A stretch of 64,000 nt of DNA from Macrostomum lignano (lineage: Eukaryota), in assembly GCA_002269645.1 (NCBI GenBank), contig NIVC01002358.1, positions 1 through 64,000 on the forward strand, given 5' to 3'. How positions within the stretch are numbered: position 1 is the first letter of the stretch; the number at the start of each line of letters is the position of its first letter. Positions 30,816-40,207 of the stretch are shown one piece after another. The translations under genes and the position numbers were made by a program. The notes under the pieces are model-generated. The model ran no database searches, had not been told where the DNA came from, and saw nothing but the letters and a program-made list of their open reading frames with translations.

Positions 30816-31697
30816 ACTACTAAGGGATTCCGTAAGTGTTGATTTTGGAGGTGGGGTGGGTGTCAACCCTCCTCGCCTCTCATTGGCTGGCGCCCCGATC
30901 ACTAGGTGATCGATACCCGTATCGATATCGGCGCTCGGCGCGCGCGCGCCGCAGGCGCGTGGCGCCAAGCGCCGTCCAGCCGCAGGCGACCCTCCCGAGC
31001 CACCGGCGACCCTCCCCAGCCGCAGGCGCACCTACCGATATGTATGCTCACCCTACCGACATGTACCCCGATATGTACACCCTCCCGAGCCGCAGGCGCA
31101 CCCTCCCGAGCCGTAGGCGCCCATGCCGCAGACGCCCATGCCGCAGGCACCCCGAGTGTACACTCTACCGAGCCGCAGGCACCCCGAGTGTACACTCTAC
31201 CGAGCCAAAGGTACACTCTACCACTCTCCCGATATGTAGTCAACGATATTAGGCTAGTGAAAACTACTTATAGTAGGTGAAATTGAGTATATTTACATAA
31301 AAATGTAGATAAAACATATTGGTAGGTGAATAATGACGCATATTGCATATTAAAATGTACATATTGGAGCATATGAGCAGCAAAAACACACAATGTAGGT
31401 GTATGGGCAGAAATAGACAAAGCAGGTACTGTAGGCGCTACATAGGTGGAAATACACACAGCAGGTTTACAAAGTGTACTTTCGATACATATCGGATTAA
31501 TGTATAAAGCAGGTTTACAAGGCATGCATAAGGTGTAGTTGTATAATACAGGCACGCATGTATAATCAGATTATAGGCAAACGCCCAGGTGCAACAGACG
31601 CGTAAATAATGTCACACCGACTAAAGAGTAAATATTGTCTAACCCGCAGGTGCATAAAAATTTTAAACAAAAGCGGTTCGGGGAAATCCCAAAAGGG
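30816..31697 (+). repeat. Left terminal inverted repeat (~882 bp)
   Basis: Reverse complement of 39326-40207; the spurious ORFs translated from both copies are identical; one mismatch seen near the inner end. Confidence 0.95.
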
Positions 31698-32015
31698 AGG
31701 TTTTAGCCGCCCGTTTTCGCCACCGCCGCCGCCGCCCTAACCCTCTTATAGGTACAATTGCGTTGAAAGTATTTCGAGTCATTAGGTTGTAATGACCCTC
31801 CATATTTTAGGTGGGTGGACTCGAGCCCGGGGCCAGCCCATTTCAGTTTTTTGGGCCGGCCCCTCTGCCAATTTCCTCCCTAGGAGCGAGCTATCAGAAT
31901 TGGTCTTTTAACCCCCGTGTATACACACATAGAGGCCCCTAGCTAGCGCCCATTCTAACCTACCCAGTGTACAGTGTTGGGTTCCCCAAACCGCGTACAA
32001 AGAGAAATACCCTTA

Positions 32016-33030
32016 TCAGTCAATCTCCATACGCTCCCTCAGGGCTGTCTCGTACGCGGCCTCTTCCTCCACGCTCTCGAAGCAGTAGTCGGATGACTGG
32101 CAATGTGGAAATTATAACAGTCAATGTAGATAGAATATATGCAAGGTATATGATTAGATGAGTTGTGTATATAATGTAATATCTTACCAAATCTAAATCG
32201 TCCTCCAGCCGCCACAGACGTAGAGACGCTGTATAGCGCACCAACGAAAGGTGCTCCTCCCAGTTGGAGGGCCATGCGACGGGCTCATCCCACGCAGTTG
32301 GCCGCGCTCCCGGACCGGCCAGGTACGCCTCAGAGTCGGGGGCATACGAATTGCGCCCCATCAACCAGTCCTGGTGCAGAGTCTCAGCCTCCAACACCTC
32401 CCGTAGGCCGGCACCCCTCGCAACCAAAGTATCAAGAACCCGATTAAAGGCTCTGACAAAGGTAGCTTGGGAGGGCAGCCCGCCAGGATGCCGAGACCTC
32501 AGCCAGTCAATGTCCCCGCGGAAAAATGAGGCCACAATGCGAGGAAAGCGCTCACGAACCACGGCGATCTCCTCAGACATATCCTCGTCCTCGTCGTCGA
32601 AGAGAAGGAGCGTAGCGGCTGATGATATTGAGGCCCGGTGGGAGGTAGTTGAAGCAGCAGCAGAGACGGGCGTAGTAGAGGCGGCAGCAGCAGAGACGGG
32701 CGCAGCAGAGGCAGGGCCGGTTGTGGTCAGCTCCTCAACAGAGACGTCAAAGAGGGCGGCTGAGGCGGTAGTCAAATCGGAGGCAGTAGCAGCAGGGGCA
32801 CCGTTCACAACCCCGCCGATAGCCAGCAGCGGGAGGTCAAAAACTTCAGACTCGGTGTCGCTATCATAGGACATAGCCCAAGCTAGATATTGATCAGCCT
32901 CCCAATTATCACTTCCGTTGTTTTCAGTGCCTAGGGGAACTATGTGTTCAGGGATATCCCCGTCGAGGCTGGTTAACTCTTCAGTCGGGCGATTATTATC
33001 CCAGAGGTTGGATAGAGCTCGGCGGGACAT
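32016..33030 (-). CDS. Element-encoded orphan protein (~307 aa if spliced: 33030-32188, 32096-32016)
   Basis: Open ORF with its own TATATAA (33110-33104). Putative 91-nt GTAAG...CAG intron 32187-32097 gives the C-terminus SSDYCFESVEEEAAYETALRERMEID*. No family recognised. Confidence 0.6.
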
Positions 33031-33146
33031 GCTAGAATCAACAGAGAGTAAAGTATTAGAGCTGAGATAGGGTTTGACTCTCTGGAGAGGGGGGAAACAC
33101 TAATTATATAGACGGATCGAGTGAGGCGGTGCGAACCAATAGGAAA

Positions 33147-33680
33147 CTAGCAGTCCCAACCCTCGTTAAACAGATTTTCCCAGGGTGGAGATTGGTAGGG
33201 TTTGAGACCCACGAGCTGAAGAACATCCACCTCAGTCCCGGCTACCGGAGGCGTGTCTGTCTTGACTCGCTTGGCTGGAGGGGGTGCCTCAGGTGCCGGC
33301 TTGAAGAGCTTGTCCAAACGGGCGGCAAACATCCGGCGCCACAGTTCAGGCGTGAATTCGATCGTGTAGCGCCAATTAAACTTTGGGTCCTGATTGAGCC
33401 AATTGCGCAGCAAACGGATCCTCCCTCGCGAAGCTTCAACTGCCTTGAAATTGCCCAACAGGACCCGCTTGTTCACGTGAAGGCGGGCAGCAGCCTCCAG
33501 GTCAGGGCGCGCAGCTTCGAGCTTCTTCCACTCTGGCTCGGCCAAGTAGATTGCAGGGAAGCCGTCCTTCCACACTCCAGCCTCGTTGGTGTAGAGACGC
33601 CGAATTTCAATCAAGTTGTGTTCAGTTTCAAATGTGGGCTTCCGCGCCACAAAGTTTTCGTATAGAGAGATAGAAGACAT
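33147..33680 (-). CDS. Element-encoded 177-aa protein, putative tandem PC4-like ssDNA-binding protein with NLS
   Basis: IEIRRLYTNEAGVWKDGFPAIYLAEPEWKKL and RIRLLRNWLNQDPKFNWRYTIEFTPELWRRM resemble the PC4 pattern (vdIReyy......pgkkGIsLtpeqW..L); C-terminal PPAKRVKTD. Confidence 0.6.
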   Translation of the reverse strand: MSSISLYENFVARKPTFETEHNLIEIRRLYTNEAGVWKDGFPAIYLAEPEWKKLEAARPDLEAAARLHVNKRVLLGNFKAVEASRGRIRLLRNWLNQDPKFNWRYTIEFTPELWRRMFAARLDKLFKPAPEAPPPAKRVKTDTPPVAGTEVDVLQLVGLKPYQSPPWENLFNEGWDC

Positions 33681-33920
33681 GATTTAGCAGCAGCAGCAGA
33701 GAGCTCTCTGACAGCCGTGCAGCGCCTTATATACCCCCGGATGGAGGGTGGGGTGGGTGATGATTTTGGGGTGATTTTTGATGATTTTGGTTGGTTTTTG
33801 GCGATTTATCCAATAACAGGCGAGCTGAGCAGATTTTTTAGTATATATACAGACCCCCAGAGCCAGGGTAGAGAGATAATCCTTCTCTCCGCTCGCTCTC
33901 TCACGCTCTCTGTTTGCAAA
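33681..33920. promoter_or_regulatory. Divergent promoter region between the PC4-like gene and pPolB
   Basis: Minus-strand TATATAA at 33733-33727 and plus-strand TATATATA at 33842-33849, each upstream of its ATG (33680, 33921). Confidence 0.5.
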
Positions 33921-36900
33921 ATGGCTAAACGCAGCGCCACCGCAACTGCTTTCCTGGCTGACAAGAGGCAACGTCTTTATGGTAAGTTTTAATTAATTTC
34001 TGTCTAGACTGTAGTTGCTAGGGTGGGGGTAGGGGCTGAGCAGCAGCAGCAGCTGCAGGGTCTGTGGGACCGCAGAGTAAACAACAAAGACTGCTGCGAC
34101 AGCTGCAGGGGTCTAGACTGGAGTTGCTAGGGTGGGGTGCTGCGGCAGGGTCTGTAACAGAGAGTTGCAGGGGAGGGCTAGACAAGTTTCAGCCGGGTGT
34201 GTGCTGATAAGAAATTGCTGCTAGGGGGGTGTTGTCCAGACAGGCTGCAGCTGGGGTGCAAATTGCTGCGACAGAGAGTTGCAGGGGTGAGTAAACAAAG
34301 ACTGGGGTGGGGTGTTGTCTAGACAGGGAGGGGTGTGCTGATAAGAAATTGCTGCAAAAACAGACAGTTGCTAGGGTGCTGCGGCAGATAAGAAATTGCT
34401 GCAGAATCGTTGGGGCAGGCTAGACAAGTTACAGCCGGGTGGGGGCAGAGAGTTGCTGGGACAGACTGGGGCTGCAGATAGGGCGCTACCCAGACAGGCT
34501 GCAGCTGGGGTGCAAATTGCTGCGACAGAGAGTTGCAGGGGTGAGTAAACAAAGACTGCTGCGACAGGCTGCAGCGGGGGTGCAGATAAGAAATTGCAGA
34601 GAGTTGCTGCGGGGACAGCAGAGTAAACTCTGTTAAGAAATTGCTGGGGCTAGGGCGGGGAAACACGCTGGGGCCAGGAAAATGACAGATTCTTCTGGTT
34701 TTTTATCTCCTTGTGTTTTTTCAGACGCGTTTGTCCCGCCAACACAGCCGGAATCTGTTACCGGACCGGGTGAGTTATCCCGCCCCCCATTTCCCACACA
34801 GACCCGGGCTGACTCACACTCCCCCATTCCCCCCATGCAGGTTTTACGGCCCGGCTGGATAATCAGCGTGACCTGCCCAAGTTTAGGGCAAAGGGTGTCG
34901 AGTATGTGGTGCGTATTACCAACACCGAAGATTTGCGGGAGGTGTTTGCTGACATGCTCGAAGTTTTCAAGCAAGATTTGGCTGGTGATGACTTTATGGC
35001 CGCGAAATTCGAGAGCGACAATATGCTCAAAGCGGCCCACACTCCCCCGGTGCGTGCAGCCCGCATGACGGCTGAATTGTTGTTTAAGCACATTGACAAG
35101 ATTGTGCAGTCGGATGCCACTGTATTGTCAGGCAACTTTTCTGTCCGTCTGCTAAAGGCCTGGGTGCCTCGAGGTGGATGTGCTCTCGAGAACAAGCATC
35201 TAGAAGAGCGGCATGCCTTCTCCAGGCACTATGTCCGCATCACCAACTCGGACAAGAGATGCCTGCTGCGCGCTCTGGTCGTGGCCTGCGCCTACCTACA
35301 ATTCGTGGCCAAGTCCATCAGCGAGCAGGTGTGGCGCACGATCAAGGCCAATTCGTCCAAGCAGACTAAGCTTGCGACTGAGCTACAAATCGAAGCTGGC
35401 CTCTACACGGTAAGTTTCTAGTATTTTTCTTATAAGAATTTTTACACAGTATCATGGAATACTAAAATTTTCTGATAATAATTTTTACACAGTATCATGG
35501 AGTACTAAAAGATATATTTTCTGATAAGAATTTTTACGATAAGGAATACTAAAAGAATTTTACATAGTATCAGGGAATACTAAAAGAAATATTTTACCCC
35601 CCACACAGACTCTTCAAACCGTCTCGCAGGCTGGTCCTTTCGGGGTGGATGCACTGCCCGAAGCGATCCGTGCCCTGAACCGGCTGCATCCGGGGCACGA
35701 TTTTGGTGTACGCGTGTACCGCGCAGAGGAGGCCAACAGGTGCATCTTCAACCTGCCGGGCACCGAGATTCTGCACCTGCACCTGGTCGAGCAGCACTTT
35801 AATGTGGTCACCAAGCTGCCTGCGTTTTTCGGCAGCCACCACTACTGCGACAAGTGCGAGATGGCCTATGATAGCGAACCCGCCAAGCACAAGTGCGCTG
35901 ATGCCTGCAGCACATGCAAGACTCCGGGCTCCAACTGTAAGGCAAACCGCGCATATGTAAGATGCCATGATTGCGGGCTAAATTGCTATAATGCTCAGTG
36001 CCTAGAAAATCACAAGCGCAAGAATAAGGCCGGCAGATCGCGCTGTGATTCGGTCCACGTTTGCGGCACGTGTGGCTATCTAGAAGAACTAAAAGTAGGC
36101 CAGCCCCCTGAGCATCAGTGTGGTTACGCCAAGTGCCCAGTCTGCAAGCAGTACGACGAAACTGCCACCCACGAGTGCTTTGTCACCCCGCCCAAAGCCA
36201 AAGAGTCTAGCGCCCCGTATGTTTACTATGATTTCGAGACGTACGTGGACTCTGGCAAGCAGCACCGGGTACACTTGGTTACGGCTGCCACCTCCTGCGA
36301 GGCGTGTCCCAAACTCTTCCCCAGGCCCCGCTGCAGCGTGTGCGGGGGACTACACAGCTCAGCCAATTGCATTGCGGGACGCGATTTGGCACTCGATTTC
36401 ACGAGCTGTGTCTCGCACAATGACTGTGCCTGTGGGATGCGAGAGTTTGTATCTGTCGGGCCGCACTCTATCGATGCATTTTACTGCTGGCTGACTAGTG
36501 TGTTCAAGCAGGGGGCAATTGCTATTGCGCACAATGGCTCTGCGTATGACGCATTCCTCCTGCTCGGCGCCCTACTCAACGGACTGGCCAAGAAGAAGCC
36601 GCAGTGATCTTCCAGAACAGCCGCCTAATGTACATGAAGTGCGACAAGATCACCTTCAAGGACAGCCTCAATTTCATCCCTATTGGTCTGGCGCAATTCC
36701 CAAAGGCGCTTGGTTTGGGCACCCAACTGACCAAAGGAGATTTCCCGCACGTGTTTAACCAGCCGGAAAATTGGGGGTACGTGGGACCCTACTGCTCAAT
36801 TGATATGTATGGAGGAAAGAAAAACAAGCAGCATGACTCCATCGCAGACTGGCTGGCCAAGCAGGAGGGACAGGTGTTTAATTTCAATAAGGAGTACCTG

Positions 36901-38966
36901 GACTACTGCCTGCAGGACACGTTAATTTTGCGGGAAGGCTGTCTAAAGTACACCCGCCTGATTAAGGACATTTGCGGACTGGACGCATTTGTTCAATCCA
37001 ACACCATTGCGGGCTTGGCTATGGCTGTTTTCACCACCAAGTTTATGGAGCCCAACACTCTTGGGGTGATTTCCCGCCGGTCCGATGTACAGTCGCACAA
37101 GGCGCGGTGCTGGCTGCGCATTTGAATGCAACCGAGTTTGGCGGCCGGTTGCGGACAGCGGACTCGGGCGGCGAGGCTTTCGCCATGGGCCGTAAGGTCG
37201 ACGGCTTCGACCCAGAGACCAGGACAGTGCTGCAGTTTCATGGCTGTTTCTACCATGGCTGTCCCAAGTGCTTCCCCAACGGCGACGTGCTGCACCCGCT
37301 CAAGAACCAGCCAATGCGGGCGATTTATGAGGAGACTGAGCGCTTCACCCGGCTGCTCTCCACTGCATACAATGTGCGTGTTCTGTGGGAGCACGACTAT
37401 CAGGACGAGGGAGCGCCAGTCCAGCAGCCTATTCGCCTGGAGGATGCCCTGTTTGGCGGCCGTACCGAGGCTTTTGTCCCGCACGCCGAGGCCACCGAGA
37501 CTGTAGAGCTGCGCTATCGGGATGTGGTAAGTTTGTACACTTGTACACACACAGTTGACATGCGTTTGAGTTTATCTTATCCTTATCCCCTAGGTGTCGC
37601 TCTACCCGACTGTCAACAAGTTTGACAAGTACCCGGTCGGGCACCCGGTACACCACCCCGAGCCTCATCTACTGGATGAGCTGCAGCTGGCCCGGTATTT
37701 TGGCATCGCCGAGGTGTCGATTCTGCCGCCAACCAATCTCCACATCCCGCTACTGCCCGCCAAGATTAACAAGAAGTTGGTTTTCGGCCTCTGCCGCGTC
37801 TGCATGGAGACCCAGTGCAGCAGCGAGTGTACACACACTGACGCTGAGAGAATGCTCCGCGGCACGTGGTCGACCCCAGAGCTCCACAAAGCCCTGCAGT
37901 TGGGTTACAAGCTGCAGTCAGTTCATGCCCTGGCCTATTGGACCGAGACTCGCACGGGCCTGTTTGCAGATTATGTAAACACTTTTTTGAAGCTCAAAGC
38001 CGAGTCTAGCGGTTCGCCGGGGATGGCTGAGGACGCCAAGGCTGCCTACATGGCCAGCTTTTTCGAGCGCGAAGGCGTCCGGCTGGAAAAGGTGGAGGAG
38101 AATCCTGGCTTGCGCTTTGTGGCCAAGATTTTTCTAAACTCGTAAGTTTTTTCTACTTGCAGTGGGGCCGTGTTTTTCTACTTACATAAAATTTATTTTT
38201 CCCTGCAGGCTCTGGGGCAAATTCTGCCAGCGCGACGACCTGACCTCCACAGAGATTGTGGACAGCTACGAGGCGTGGCTGCAGCGCCTGACCGACCCCT
38301 CGATCAAGGTCAAGTCGTGCGAGCCAATTGGGGAGAGCTTCATGATGCTCGAGTACAAGCCCCGATTTGGCGGTGCTGGCGAGCGGGCGTTCAAGTACGC
38401 TAATGTACCTATTGGCGTTTTCACCACCTCCCACGCCCGGCTGCGACTCTACGAGGCTCTGGAGGGTCTAGGAACCCGCGTCATTTACGCCGATACTGAT
38501 TCGTGAGTAATTTTTTCAACTGTCTCTGTCTCTCTTTCTCCCCTTAACACTTTATCCTTCTCCTCCTCCCAGGGTCGTATACCGCTGCTCTCCGGGCGAG
38601 TACGAGCCTCCGGGCGGTTCGAGTTTGGGGCAGTGGACTGACGAGGTACCTGCTGGCTGCCGCATGGTACAGTTCACCACGGGAGGCCCCAAGCTCTACC
38701 GGTACGTGGTGGAGAAGCCCGACGGGTCGCTGTACTCGGTGCTCAAGTGCAAGGGCATCAGAGTCACCCCCGAGATTTCCGAGCGCGAGGACGAGCTGCA
38801 GGAAATTCTGCGCCACGGCGGGACTGTACGGCTGCCCCAGGCCCAGTTCAGGCGCGATAAGGCTAGCTGTACAATCCGGACCCTCGAGATGGACAGGACT
38901 TTCCAGCGCGTAATGACTAAGAGGGTGTATGGGGCCGCTAGCCGCCCGTATGGCTTTCGGGAGTGA
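33921..38966 (+). CDS. polB: Protein-primed family B DNA polymerase (pPolB), ~1,270 aa, 7 exons: 33921-33981, 34725-34769, 34841-35409, 35630(or 35609)-37526, 37594-38141, 38209-38502, 38573-38966; two apparent single-base deletions (~36600, ~37118)
   Basis: ExoI YYDFET, ExoII AHNGSAYD, FKDSLNF, ExoIII YCLQDT, Vsr-like VDGFD...QFHGCFYHGCPKCF, motif A YRDV|VSLYP, motif B AKIFLNS|LWGKF, motif C YADTDS|VVY; all six introns GT-AG and phase-compatible. Confidence 0.9.
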
Positions 38967-39325
38967 GTGAAAGATAAGGATCTGTCTTTGCACGCCTGGG
39001 ATTCCCCTATGTGCCCACTTGGGATCCCTTGACTCGTGGGGATGAAAATGGTTTTACGCCCGCACTGTACTTAGGGGTCCTTACTCATTTGGCACCTCCA
39101 CTGTACATTGAGCGGGATCCCCTCAAGTGTTAAAACTCCCATTTGACACCTATTCCCTCGGGGCGGTTTGTGGCCCAGCGGTCCGCCTCTTGGAGTAGAA
39201 CTCCTGACATAAACTTGCTGCGCTGATTAGCGTACTGATAGCGCAATCGAAATACGTCCATTTTTCTAGCCCACTTGTGGGTTTAATTGTGTTGAAAGTA
39301 TATCGGGTCATTAGGTCGTGAACCA

Positions 39326-40207
39326 CCCTTTTGGGATTTCCCCGAACCGCTTTTGGTTAAAATTTTTATGCACCTGCGGGTTAGACAATATTTACTCTTT
39401 AGTCGGTGTGACATTATTTACGCGTCTGTTGCACCTGGGCGTTTGCCTATAATCTGATTATACATGCGTGCCTGTATTATACAACTACACCTTATGCATG
39501 CCTTGTAAACCTGCTTTATACATTAATCCGATATGTATCGAAAGTACACTTTGTAAACCTGCTGTGTGTATTTCCACCTATGTAGCGCCTACAGTACCTG
39601 CTTTGTCTATTTCTGCCCATACACCTACATTGTGTGTTTTTGCTGCTCATATGCTCCAATATGTACATTTTAATATGCAATATGCGTCATTATTCACCTA
39701 CCAATATGTTTTATCTACATTTTTATGTAAATATACTCAATTTCACCTACTATAAGTAGTTTTCACTAGCCTAATATCGTTGACTACATATCGGGAGAGT
39801 GGTAGAGTGTACCTTTGGCTCGGTAGAGTGTACACTCGGGGTGCCTGCGGCTCGGTAGAGTGTACACTCGGGGTGCCTGCGGCATGGGCGTCTGCGGCAT
39901 GGGCGCCTACGGCTCGGGAGGGTGCGCCTGCGGCTCGGGAGGGTGTACATATCGGGGTACATGTCGGTAGGGTGAGCATACATATCGGTAGGTGCGCCTG
40001 CGGCTGGGGAGGGTCGCCGGTGGCTCGGGAGGGTCGCCTGCGGCTGGACGGCGCTTGGCGCCACGCGCCTGCGGCGCGCGCGCGCCGAGCGCCGATATCG
40101 ATACGGGTATCGATCACCTAGTGATCGGGGCGCCAGCCAATGAGAGGCGAGGAGGGTTGACACCCACCCCACCTCCAAAATCAACACTTACGGAATCCCT
40201 TAGTAGT
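39326..40207 (-). repeat. Right terminal inverted repeat (~882 bp)
   Basis: Reverse complement of 30816-31697. Confidence 0.95.

Larger units (their letters stand above)
30816..40207. mobile_element. Minimal Polinton/Maverick-like element (9,392 bp): TIRs + spliced pPolB + 2 small genes
   Basis: Termini ACTACTAAGGGATTCC... / ...GGAATCCCTTAGTAGT; 6-bp TSD TTTGGT at 30810-30815 and 40208-40213; ~880-bp TIRs; protein-primed family B polymerase inside. Confidence 0.92.

Noticed and set aside
30836-31555. ORFs inside the TIRs (mirrored at 39468-40187)
   Set aside because: Low-complexity, overlapping in several frames, no recognisable motifs; identical in both copies only because the TIRs are identical.
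30816-40207. CACTA/EnSpm or other DDE transposon interpretation of the ACTA-containing ends
   Set aside because: The TSD is 6 bp rather than 3, the element does not begin with CACTA, there is no transposase, and it encodes pPolB.
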